Under the pieces are notes generated by a model. The model was not told the DNA's origin. It made no database searches and was given only the letters and a program-made list of their open reading frames with translations. The translations under genes were made by a program, and so were the position numbers. Positions 41,226 through 53,413 of a stretch of DNA of 64,000 nucleotides are shown piece after piece (positions within the stretch are counted from its first letter, which is position 1; each line of letters opens with the position of its first letter). The stretch is from the NCBI GenBank assembly GCA_013239625.1, contig MU054212.1:4870270-4934269 (forward strand), written 5' to 3'. This DNA comes from Lama guanicoe. Lineage: Eukaryota.

Positions 41226-41944
41226 AATTTATATGATAATGCACACTCAAAACTAATATAATATTGTAAGTCAACTATGTGTTGATAAAAATAATAAATA
41301 CAATTATTTTTAAAATATGAGTAATCATTATTAATTAGGTATCTAGAAGCCTTTATAGATCTTTGTAGTTTAATGATAAACAGCCTATAGTTCTTAAACT
41401 CCACTATGCAGTTATTGCATAAACATCTATGAATCCAAATTTTGCCTAATGACATTTTCTCATTTAAAAAATGTTGTCCAACTTGCTTTTAAGAAAAAAA
41501 AACGTATTTTGAAAAAATTCCATTTATTTTCAAATGCACTTTATTTTTTAAAAAATACATCTTTTTGCAGGAATAAAATGTGTTTTCTACATAAAATAAG
41601 AGAAAATGTTCTTCCTTTAGTAATAACATTATTAGCCAAGGAACACTTCAAAATAACAAATCACTGACACAAACATTTCTAAAAGAAACAAACAGAAGTA
41701 TGTTTTGAATTTCATCAAGATTTTAAAAAACTGGAGTTAGGAACAAAACTCAGTATTAATTTTCTAATGTTCTTGTTGTTTAAATGAGAGTATTACTTTT
41801 TGTGGCCATCTAAATCTCAGTAATTCTTTCTTTTAATCATATTTCTTTTTCTCCTCAATAGCTGTATATACAAAAATAAATGGAAAAGGTGTTAGAGTTT
41901 CGTATTTTTTATTCTATACTAGAAAGTTCTCAAATAGGGTTGGA

Positions 41945-42320
41945 GGATTCCGGTCAGGGCAAAAGAGGTCCATCCATCTCCCTGTTCCTCCCACTTAACT
42001 ACAACTATAAGCCCTGGAAAGAACACAGGAAAAAGCAGAAAGAGAAGAGTCAAAGGCAAGTGGTTTTTACTGAAAGTAAACTGGTTTTGTTAGGGAGATA
42101 CCTGAGAACTGGCGTGACAGCAGAGCTCGAAGAAGGCAGCCCAGGCCTGGCATATCCCAGTCTCCAATCCGGCAACAGAAGACAGACCAGGTCCGCGGGC
42201 TCTTTTCTCTCCAGGGTCAAATACGACTTCTGCTAACAACCAGGCGAGTCTGCAGAACCAGCATGGCTGAATCTACCGGAATCCCTGCTCACCATCAATG
42301 AATACAGTAAGCGAAGGCAT
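41945..42320 (+). mobile_element. Old L1M 5' UTR start (L1MC/MD 5'-end-like)
   Basis: 'ggattccggtc...ctccctgttcctcccacttaactacaactataagccctgga' resembles the first 100 nt of ancient L1M 5' ends; retains several CpGs. Confidence 0.55.
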
Positions 42321-42329
42321 AGTAGTTTA

Positions 42330-43787
42330 CTGGATTTCTTTAAGAGGATTATTCTGAAAACTTTTTCAGACAATTCACAGATGCCCGTTTCTTCAGGCTC
42401 AGTCACGGAGTTTTATCAGTTTCCTTTACTGGTTTCACGTTTCCTCCATAACCATGGTCCTTGTGCTTTTGTATTGTGTCTGCACTTTTGAGGATGTAGG
42501 CACCTCTTCCAGTCTTGACACACTGGCTTCAGCAGGTAAACCGGTCAGCCCTCCGGAGATTCTGGTGGTGTCCATGGCTGGCTTGCTGCCGGAGTCCTTG
42601 GGCAGGTAAGCCTGGTGCCTCGGCCGGCAGGTGGGCTGGTCTCGTTTTTTCGGTCATAGGGACCAGCCTGGAGCTTGGGGTCACCGGGGCGGGCCTGGCA
42701 CTTGAATTTGTTGTGATAGGCCTAGGATCTTGATTCGGCTCCACAGGGGCCAACCAGACGCCCGGGGCCAGTGAAGTGGGCCTGGCCTCTTGAGTCCACA
42801 GTGGTGCCCACATAGGAGCCGCAGGAACCCGAAGGTGCCGTAGGGGATCCCGGCCTGGAAACCCCTGAGAGCCTGGTGCTGAGGAAGCCGCCTGGGGCCA
42901 CAGGAGCATTTGTCACTACAGGAGCCCCAGCTCACTCGGGGGCTCTCCTAGAGCTTGGAAATGAGGAAGCCACCGGTGCCGTGGGAGCCACCGGGGGCCG
43001 CGGGAGCTGGCAGGTGCCGGGGCGAGCGGAGCCCCAGTCCACGGGAACCGGCGAGAACCGGGTGCAGAGGAAGCCGCCCGAGGCCCCGGGAGCCGGGAGG
43101 TGCGCGGGAAGCCGCAAGCCTGCGTTCGTGGCAGCTGTGGAACTTGGTGACACAGGAACAGCCCGAGGCCGCGGAACCCACCTGAGGCCACTGGAGCCGG
43201 CGCCGCCGAGGTGAGTGGGGCCTGGATTCGCTGGAGCCCACTGAGGGCCTGGTGTCAAGGACACTGGAGCGGGCGGGCGCCCGGGTGGGCCGAGGGCCGC
43301 GCTCCCGGGAGCCCGGGAAGCCGCCTGGGGCCTGGGGCCTGGGGGCCGAAGGCGCTGAAGAGGCGGGAGCCGAGGGATAGGATGCCGCCTGCGGCCACTG
43401 GAGCGGGCGGGCGGGGGGCGAGCCCGGGGCCTGGTTTCCTGAGGGCGCGCACGGAGCTACGTGGAGCCGCGGGGCTGGGCCTGGTGCTGGGGAGGCGGGG
43501 CCTGGCGTCCGCCGCGGCCGTGGCGCGCTCGCTTCGCTCTCCTCCCTCAGGGAGCGCGTCTCTCCGCGCGGGAGACCAGGCTGGGGAGGGGCTGGGACCC
43601 CCCCCCCGCCCCACCCCGTCCTCAGTGAGGCCTTTGTGTTTCTGATCTTCACCAGGTGCGAAGCCCCTCACCTGGAATCCTTGGCTCTTGTGAAGGTATT
43701 TCATTTTCACGTCCTGATAGTTGTTCGGTTGGACGCTTCTGGGGGGAGGATTAAAGTCTCAAAACTCTTGTGCGGCTATTTTGGTCC
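42330..43787 (-). mobile_element. Ancient L1M (L1MB/L1M4-like) 5' UTR plus ORF1 start, antisense
   Basis: Left: 'gtctgcacttttgaggatgtaggcacctcttccagtctt...actggctt...cagccctccggagattctgg'. Middle: degenerate 'ggagcctggggccac' monomers. Right: 'ctcacctggaatccttggctcttgtgaaggtattt...gatagttgttc...gcggctattttg', a decayed GCCATCTTG YY1-type 5' end. Confidence 0.7.
42540..43700. promoter_or_regulatory. CpG island, candidate promoter
   Basis: The only GC- and CpG-dense segment in an otherwise CpG-depleted window. It has Sp/KLF GC boxes (gaggcggggc near 43493, ccccgcccc near 43604), E2F-like gcgggaa/ggcgggag motifs and a consensus donor GAG|GTGAGT at 43210/43211. Confidence 0.8.
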
Positions 43788-45489
43788 ATTTATTTGTAAG
43801 TCTTTTACTTTTGAGGAAAAATTTTCGATTTTATCTAAGTTATGTTGGCAAAAATGTGTGCAGACGAGTCATGAATTATCTAGTGAATCGTTGCTTTATG
43901 TAGATTGCATCACCTGTTTCATCCCTAATTTCGCTTATTTTAGCTAAGTCTCTGTTTTTTCATCAATCTGATAAAAACTAAGAATTGTATTGGGTTATTT
44001 AAAGCTACTTTGGTGTGGTTGTTTCTACGTCTTTTTAGTTCGAGTGTTTATCTTTATCTTATTGTGTCTGCTTTCTTTGGATTTATTTTGTTGTTCTTTC
44101 CCCAGCATTTTAAAATGTGCCTCTTAATTATGACTCTGCAAGGTTGGGCCTGTACAACCCCTACAAGAGCCAGTCATCTCAATCTAAGTGGGAATTTCTG
44201 TCAACAGGCATCGGATTCATTAGTGTGACTCCTTCTAAACCAATTATCTGCGTCTTCTCCCCCTACATTCCCAAATCTCATGATGCAATATTCTGGATAT
44301 GAAAGTTTGGGTGTTTTCTTTGAATGGGGCAGAGAAAAATATTTACAGAGAAAAATATTTGTCTGTTTCTTCCTTTCACTGAAACCTCTGTTCTTAATGT
44401 AGCTTTTTTTTTTAATTAAGGATAAACATTTGAAATTACCAATTAAATCTTGTGCAACACTGATATGATTTTTTTAACGGATTTATGATTGTAATCAATT
44501 CTGTATTAAACTTCAGACCTTTAGTTTCTTGAATAATGTATCATTTGGATGTGTTGTATTCTTCTTAGACTCAGATTGGTAATATTTATTTGAAATTATT
44601 CCTTTAAGAGAGACATGTTTCTCTTGTAACTCAAGCATGATATATCGGGTTTGGGGTTTTTTTTTTTTTTCTTTAATTGGGCATTATCTTTCATGAAAAC
44701 AAGCCTGTGTTTATATGCTAGTGTCTACAGTAGTATATCTTCACCCTTCCCCTTTTAAATAAGGAGAGGAAACTTTTCCAGACAAATACATGTATAGATG
44801 TTCATCACAGTGCATATTCTGGTTTGCATTCACATTTTCCTTGCAAATCTTATTAAAATACGTTTTGTATTTATTCCATAACTTTATTATGTTTTAACCA
44901 CATAGGAATATTTGCTTAGTATTAGCAGATCAATTACTTTATTTAGAGCTTCTAAGACTTTTATCTTTCTAGTGATCGTTCTGTTTGCTCATACTTACTA
45001 AGAGAAGTCTGTGTTTATTCAGTTTTGATTGTTGACATGGGGGCTTTTAACGGAATAAGTTATTCCTATTTAAATTTTTCTGGCTCAGAATAAAATGAGA
45101 AGGGAAGTCTGCATATTGCTATTGATATAATTTCTCATGGTTTAGAGGGAAAGCTAAATGCAGCCTGAGTTAAAACAGAACAAATATTTTGCCCGTAAGT
45201 GCCTTTCATGTATATTGAAAATTAGGGCAGTGCCCTGTTTATTTACAGGGATGAATATTGTCATTTAAAGTTATAACAGTTTCACTCTCCATATTATGCG
45301 GTCTGTAGCAAGTGCAGCTAGGAATGAACACCATGAATTGCCATTTTATGTTTTATGTATATAACTGGGAAGACCCAATAGAACCGAGCTTTGGTCTCAT
45401 CTAAGAAATTAAATCTAGTTTTTGCTAGCATCTTTTGTGTCTCTAAATCATAAACCATCAGTATATGCTTCTAAAGTTTGATTATTTAT

Positions 45490-45700
45490 TCTTTAGTTCA
45501 TTCATTCCTTACATATTTATTTAGTTCCTTCTATAGTCCAGGCACTATTTTAGGAAATGAGTATATAATAGAGAACAAAAGAGACATGATTATAGAAGAA
45601 GTTCACTGTGTGGTTGTACAAACAAAAATTTAACATGTACAATCAAACCAACAAACATGCACAATAAAGCTATGAAAAGGTGTAAGAATTACAAGAATAA
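45490..45700 (-). mobile_element. LINE-2 3' end
   Basis: 'ttcattcattcc...atatttatt...ccaggcactattttagg...gaacaaaagagacatg'. Confidence 0.7.
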
Positions 45701-48324
45701 GGTGTTAAATAATAGACAGTTGGGAGTCATCAGGCAGCGTCTTTCATAATAGATTAAATTTCTATTCCTAGAAATAAGGTTAATAAGAATGTTCTTCTTT
45801 CCTCTCCAAATGACTGAGTCTTTATAAAGAAACTTCATGGAAAAGAATTATGAATAAGATATAAGTTAACTTTAACATTTTCTCAATTATTCTGAAGATC
45901 ATACAAAGAAGAGAGGGTAAAAAGCTTAGCAAAAAAAGAAGTAAAATTGTTAATGTCTCCAATATGTCTAATTAAGGTGTGGTGGAGAAGGGAATTAAAA
46001 TTGTTTTGATAGTCTCTGCATCCTACAGAAAACTGAGCTTTTAGCTTGTCCATTCAATTAAAAAAAAAAAAACTTACTTCCTTGAATGTCTTGGCTTTAT
46101 GACAATTTCAGCACAACCCAGTGCACACTCTGTTGTCTAAGGCTGTCTTGGACAGATGGCCATCAGGCTTCTCAGACTACTCGGTTGTGGTCTTAATGGC
46201 CATTAAGAGTGGCCAGACATTCCAGGACTAGCCTGGCCAGGCTCAAGTAAATAAGCAATCTTCTATAAATACATTACTAAGCATGACTGCTCTTTTCAAT
46301 TTCATCCACAGTTTTGATGCCTAAATTCAAACTACTTATTTATCAGATTGCTCCTGATTATAATATGATGTAATAAATGGTATATATTCATGTAATATGA
46401 TATGAAATAATAATAAAATCTAATGCTTTAAGTCCTTAGATAATTTAGAGTCTTATTAAATTTGAAATGTTATTGGAGGGGTTAAGATACTAAAAAGGAT
46501 TATTTCAGGAGTCTCAACCAAGAGTTCAGCTGTGTCCTTATTTTTGAAGGATAACAAGTAATCAAGCTTGCAAAGGAATGGAAGAGAAAATATTCTAGGC
46601 AAAGGGAAAGAAAGTCCTGTTAACAAAATAACTTGGCACATTTTATTTACCACATTCTCTTCTAAACTTGTCATATAAATTCAGTCTCTCATCAACTGAA
46701 TCTTGTTGATTCACTTTTATTTTTCTCCAGAATCGATGCAGAACTGTACCCTATGTTTATATTCTTTGAATGTTGCTGTGAGAATTTTGAGGGTGAATTA
46801 AATAGTATGTTTACAGATAATGCTTGTGATTACTTTTCTAGGTGGAAGCAGTATTACCTCTTTTAATGTTAGACTCTAGAGGGAACCAGAGAGCATATAT
46901 AACCTTTACTTTTCCTACGAGAATAACTCAGCAACAAGGCCGTGAAATATCACGGTGATGAGTAGAGAATTTTCTGAGACTAGAGAGATGGCTCTTCTCT
47001 GTCAAAGTGTTTTTATACAGGCTGAGGGGCTGCTTGCACTTGAACGCAGTCAGATTAGACTTCTACTTCTTCCAGGCCTACAAAGGCCAACTTTCCCTGG
47101 GTTTGTTTTTTGTTTCATTTTGTTTTGTTTTGTTTTCCCTTGGACTGATCATTTATCACCATCAAAATAGAAAGCGAGTGAGGGCTTAGGAAGGAACTAA
47201 GAAAGTTGCTGTTCAGCTTTTTTCTGTACTAGACTTTTAGTGTGGCATTCAAGGGCATATTAAGACTTCCACGTTGTTAAGCCCAAATTGCAACACTATT
47301 TATTTATTTTTTTAAGACTGAATTATCACAGTAAGCAAAAGCAAACCTTTGTTTAGTCTTGTTCTCTGTAGGACATTTCTTTCAGTCTGTTGGTAGCAGT
47401 TGGTAATACAAAGTCAGTTGTTATTAATATTCTCAAAGATGAGTTAAAACTATTTATGTATCTCCTTATGTGTTTGCTGTGTGTTCCCCATCCTTCTCCC
47501 CAATTTAGTTACTCACCATATTCCCTCTGCACTCTTCCCTTTAAAATTACTATCTGTTACACATCTTTAAATATTTCTTCTATTTGAATCGTACAAGATA
47601 TTAACTACATTTTTTATTACTCTTGGAAACTGACTTGTTACACAGGTAAAATTTCAAATGGTATGAAAGTTGTAGTCATGACTTTTTTTTCTTTTTTGAT
47701 AGGCTAAGTAAATCTGTAACATAGATAGTTCATTTGAGAGCTACCCCCAGACATGCTAAGCATACTCAGAGACAGGCAAGGGGCGAAACAAATTACGTCT
47801 TGATGACTCTATCCTGTGAAACGTGTATGTTTGGTTTGGACAGCGTGATTTAAGTTGGAGATTAGGAGGGAAGATCAAAGGTGGCTCAGCATGGTCCATC
47901 TCACCTACCAGAGTTTTGTACTGAGTCTTGTGTCTAATTTCTTGGGGGAAAAAAAAGAAAATTATTACTTTCCTTCTATTTTCCATGAATTGTTCTGTGC
48001 ATTTATTTGTTTTGGGGGCTTCAAGGGAAAGAATGGGACGTGAATGAGTATTTCCAGGTTAAATGCTATATTATAACCTCCTAATTAAATTGAATCTATA
48101 ATATGCTATCTTTAGCCAAACTAAATTATTTCTTCCTAGGATGTATTATGAGACACTTCACTGTATATTTCCTCTTTTTTTTTATATCAGAATAATTTGT
48201 CTAATTTTTCTTTTAAAATCCTATCCATCCTTAAACGTATACCTGAAGTTACATCACTTGTGTTACAATATTTTATAGTTTATAAACAGTTTCTTATGAA
48301 GATCTCATTTGGGACAGACGTTTA

Positions 48325-49060
48325 ATGCATAGGGTAATTGGAAGAACTTTGAATATGGATTCAGAAAGCAAGACTGACTTCAGATATGCCATTTAAAACA
48401 GTATGACCTTGGGAAAGTAATTTATAACCTTCTTATATTCATCTTTGTTCATCTGTATATTTAGCTATACAGTAACTCATTTTACTAGGTAATTAAGTGA
48501 GATAATTTATGTGTAAGCTTTATCATCAATAAAATATGTTTTATAATACATATAAGTGTATATACATTTATATGAATATTTATATAAATACTATTCAATT
48601 ATTAAGTAGAGCTGATATTATTTTCACTTTACAAATGAGAAAATAGTGATTAATTTGTCCAATATATGATAGTATTTAGGTGCTACTGCTAAAAACCAAG
48701 TTAATTCTTCTTAGTATCCGTTATGCCCAAGCCCTTAAGCAGAAAGCATGACACAACTTTGAATCCCCATTTTTCTATGTATCTAATAATGTTTCTTGAT
48801 TTGTAAGTTTTTTTATAGTTTGTTAATTACAAATAATTTTATAGTTACTCCTTTGTCTATCTATACCAGATTGTAAGCTCCCTTAAGTACTTATGAAATC
48901 TTTATGTTACAAATACTATGTGCCAAGCTGAGGCAGCACAGAAAACTGAGGCAAAGCATTAAATAACTTGTATAAAGTCACAAAGCCAGTGAATGGTAGA
49001 CTTGGGGATTTAATTGCAGTAGTTCATATGTTCTTTATACATGTTTATACTGCCTTTCCA
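48325..49060. mobile_element. Cluster of degraded MIR fragments in both orientations
   Basis: 'tatgaccttgggaaagtaatt' (+); 'cactttacaaatgagaaaa' and 'gaaaactgaggcaaag...aataacttg...aaagtcaca' (-). Confidence 0.6.
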
Positions 49061-49689
49061 ATAACAGCTCACTCATCTTTGAATTTTCTAAGGTCGTCAA
49101 TCAGTGACTGTAATTGAAATGGATGGAATATAAGGTTAAAAATATATTTGTTAACAATGATCATTATTAGAAACCCAATATTAAGAATTATTTCTATAGC
49201 ATATTATAAGATTAAATTACTCCTTTAGGAAAATGTATATTCAACATAAATGCTTAGTTTAACTGTGCTATATCTAATTTTTTATAATGTAATAATCCAG
49301 TTGGCTTATTTATGGCAAATTTTGTTCAATTTACTATAATATTTGATTTACTAGAACAAGTTTTCAAAACATGATAGAAGAGAGATACCTGTAATAACGC
49401 AGAGATTTTCTAACCACTTAGTTTTATGGCTAAAATCAACAATACGAATTATTTGCTGGCACTAAGGAAGGGAAAGGAAAAGGAAGTCTTAAAAGAAAAT
49501 ATCATTAGTCAAATTGAGCATAGGTAGTCACTGACTTATTTTTAACTATTCAGAAAAAAAGTACAGAAAAATGTAAATATAAACAAACACTTATTTTGAT
49601 AAATAATTATGCAGAATAATTTTAAATGTCTTAATATAGTTTATTTTAGCATGAGAACATCTCCTAATTCTTGAAGCTCAAACATTCAG

Positions 49690-50708
49690 TGAATGTATAT
49701 GCTCCAACCTAAAACTAACACTGAAGACTTGCATTTAAATGCCCAAAGCCCCATGGTCACTTAAAACTCTAATTGTCCAAATCTGAATTCAGCTTCTTTT
49801 CCACAAAATTATTACTTCTATTTTCTTCTCCCCAGCCTCCATATAACTCTGGGCATCTACTGAGTATTCAGTTATGAATATCAGAGGCCTAAGAATCAGT
49901 CCAAATTCCTTTCTGTTTTTTATTCACCTTTTTTTGATTTTTTTTTTTAAACCAGGTCTTTTGGAATTTTGTTTCTGAATTTGGCTTCAGTTCACTCTAA
50001 TATTCTATCTCTGTTTATATGACCACTTACCTCAGCCCCTTATTTATCTATCATCTCAATCTTCCTAATCTATTCCTAAATGATCTCCCTTTATCCAGTC
50101 TTGTCATTTTTAAAATGATCTTCCAGGTTGCAATAAGATTCATCCTTCTTAAATAAAATATGGCTATGTTATTCACTCCCTTGTTTAAGAATTCTTAATT
50201 GCTCCCTAACTACTAAAGGGAAATGTTTAATCTTTGTTGTTTGGCATAAGAGCCGTTAATGAAGCGACCTCAGACTGCCTCTAATTCAACATCTGCTGCT
50301 TTATATCCTACACTTTAAATTGTAGTTTTCAGCACATGTCATGATAGGTTCATAATTTATTTACAATGCTTCTTTGATTGAAAAAGATCTTATCATTGTT
50401 TTCATCTGGTTAATTCCCCTCGACCCTTTATAATAATGGTCATCTGTTATTTTCACCACAGAAGTTTTCCTGAACAGTAATGGCTAGAATAATTTTTCTT
50501 TTCAATTATCTTTGAAGTACTTTGAATGTAAGCATAGCGTAACATTGGCCAAAATTTAATGATGTTATCTTTACTTTTAAAATGTTAAATAATGTTGTCT
50601 TACCCACTTTATTGGGTTCCTCTAAGAGACCAAATAATATCCTTTTAAAGACAAGACCTTGGACAGTGCCCGAGTATAAGTGATATGCAGTAAACATTGG
50701 TTGAACTA
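49690..50708 (+). mobile_element. LINE-2 3' portion, about 1 kb
   Basis: L2 blocks 'ttcctaaatgatctccct', 'atgttattcactcccttgtttaaga'; 3' end 'acagtgcccgagtataagt...cagtaaacattggttgaa'. Confidence 0.7.
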
Positions 50709-52916
50709 AAAGATAATCACGTCTGTTTTCCTATATGAACAGGATATTCTACTTGGGCCTATGCAGTAATTTAATACCAAGCTAAATTTTTAGTGAAGAA
50801 TTTCCTGTCACTGATACACAAATTAAGATTTCTGATATTTCATTTGTATTAATCTGTATTTTAGAAAAAGATTATGAGAATAATGGACTATATGTGATAT
50901 ACTTACAAAATATATAAAGTTTATTTTTAAATATCAAGAAATGTAGTCTGTGTGCATACCATATATGATACATGTATCATAAATATTTGATACATACAAA
51001 AACACTTGTTGGAAATATAGTAAGTATTTTTAACAAAAGAAAATAAAATGAGGGGGAACATGCCACAGGGTTTATTACTTCTCAAAAATAGCACCCCAGG
51101 CCAGAGCCATTGAGAGAATTTGTGTTAACTATACCATTTTAAGTAGAGATAGTTAACTTCACAGCTTTTTCTTTTTTTTTTTTGATCTTAAATAAGTTAC
51201 TTTTTGAAAGATACATTCCTTCCTTGAGGATAGGATGTAGAATACTTAAAACTGTACCTGATTCTATTAAAAATAAAAAATATATTAAAACGTTTCATTT
51301 TTCTCTTGTTATGAAAAAAAAATTCCAATTCCAAGGTCACTTGCAAACCAAATATTTGCAGGAATGACCCATCTAACCACTAAGGACTCTGTCTTGATGT
51401 AAATGAGCACCTTAAACCATAAATTGATGTTTTGCAGAGAAGTATTGAAAAATAAACTGTTATAAAATTGTCAGCAGCTGACAACCAGAGAACTGATTCT
51501 GTAATTTAGTGAGAAACTAAAAAGATCAAAATCACATTTCTGCCTTTTAACAGGCCTTTGGCTGTTGCACAGAACCTGCTAATAACATCGTAGACGGGAA
51601 GGAAGAAGCAGAGGTCATAAGGCCTACCTTACAGTGCTGGGGAAATGGATGTGCCTATTCTTAGGCTGCTGTAAGTCCTAAGAACAGAAAACTTAAACAT
51701 GTATTGGCCTTACTCTGTGAGAATTAATCAGATGAATTCAGACAAAGCATCTTGCTGTGTGTAGAATAATTAGTTTAGCTGCTAATAATTGAATGGTGTT
51801 TTGTTTACCTAACTTTTTATACGGAAGCACAAAACAATACATATTCCCTAGCTTACTATTAGAACTGGATTGAGAAGAATTAAACAATCATTTGGCTTTT
51901 ACATATTTTTTTACTGTAGCCTATTTATGAAGGCATCTCCTACATGTGTTGGATATCATATTTTTTTGTATTTTTTATATTCATGTATATATTCAATATT
52001 CCAATAAGCTTCAGCTGGCTCCAGATCTTAGATTCTAATTCTCATCCTGACACATGATAATTAAGTAAGTACTTTTTTATCTTTTTTGACCTAAAGAAAC
52101 ACCAGACTCCTGATGTTGTTAGTTAGCATAGAAACACTACCAGTGCTGAAGAAAAACACGTAATTATGGACATTTGAAGAACTAGAATACTCTATATGAA
52201 ATACACAAAAACATATGATTCTCCGAGGGAGATGAGTATCTGTCAATTTAGTGGCCTTCCTCAAAGAACATGACAATAAATAATCATAGTAGTAAGATTT
52301 AATAGGTTATATATCTACCTACAAAGGAATGATTAATCTCTTATGGTCATGTTCTCAAAGTACAGCCTCAAGATTATGGCATGGAGACGCTGTAAATGCT
52401 GCTGATTCCTATTTTGCTTTAATTATGATTGTTGTTCATTTTAGGTTGACAGCTCTCCTCTCCCAGTTAAACTTACTGCTCAACATGTCCTGTTTCCTTT
52501 GACTCACTTTCCTTTAATACATTTTTTAAAAAAATTCAGAGCCCCTTCTAAATTTCTAATACTGCACACATTACTGGGAACTATCTTTCAAACAATAGCC
52601 ATGAAGTTTTCTTTTCTCTGGTGGTTGAGATCTTCCCAGATGTAAATTAATATTTTAGAGGCAGGAACTATAACTCATAGAATACCAGCCAGTAGAACCA
52701 AAGGTTGAAACTTTGGCCTTGAAAAATAGTGGGAATATAGTTTTAAAATGTGAAAGTTTTATCTAAGCATTCAAATTAAATTGTACAGATTTAACACTAA
52801 ATTGACTTGTATTGCTGGCTTCACGGCATTTATTCACATTGTGGCTAAAGGATGTTTTCCCAAAAGTTAGGTGCATATCAATCTTTTGTAATTTGCGTTA
52901 TATTTTTAAGGGACTA

Positions 52917-53413
52917 TTTTGTTTGTTTGTTTTTCACTGCATCTTTTTTATTTTGTGTATTTAATTTCAGAACAAAACAAACAAAAAAACTCCATGATGC
53001 ACAATATCCAAACCCGATGTCAAATGTAGGAAGGGATGGAGCTTGAGGCTCTTGTATCCTGCCTTAGGCAGAAAGACAGAAGTAAAACCACTAGACATCA
53101 GCGGAGGGAACCAGGTGGGCTGGGGCCACTCGGCTTGCTGCTGGGGGAGCCATGGGGACACTACACGGAGGGGACAAAGTCTGCAGGTAGAAACTCCTCC
53201 TCCTTCCATGCGAGAGGCATCCTCATCATCCTGAATGTGGTCGGGGGATGGATCTCATCTGGAAGTGCAGCACTGGGCTTCTCTGCTGTCACTTCATCGG
53301 TGCCCAGGGCTAGCTTGATCACGCAGTAGATGCGGGTTGGGTAGGATTGAGGCTCCTCACGTGAGAAGCTGGAAGCCAGCAGAGAGGTTTCAAACAGCAG
53401 CACCACTAGGTCC
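52917..53413 (-). pseudogene. HSP90AB1: 5'-truncated processed pseudogene of HSP90-beta (C-terminal coding region, 3' UTR, poly(A) remnant)
   Basis: Minus-strand '[54 protein letters not shown]' matches HSP90AB1 [56 protein letters not shown], with beta-specific residues. A frameshift precedes 'DEDASRME'. The 3' UTR ends 'ttttgttctgaaattaaa', with AATAAA at 52947-52952 and an A-rich tail at 52917-52934. No intron. Confidence 0.95.

Noticed and set aside
42880..43415. Spaced 17-18-bp direct repeats as a CRISPR-like array
   Set aside because: Only pairs of repeats, irregular spacing, related intervening sequence and a mammalian context; explained by L1 5' UTR monomers.
42515..43947. Many overlapping ORFs up to 234 aa on both strands
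   Set aside because: Pro/Gly/Ala/Arg-rich frames are expected in very GC-rich DNA, where stop codons are rare; several use non-ATG starts, none shows a recognisable domain, and the sequence appears L1 5' UTR-derived.
44330..44360. Tandem duplication CAGAGAAAAATATTT (similar ones near 27297 and 12735)
   Set aside because: Ordinary slippage micro-duplications.
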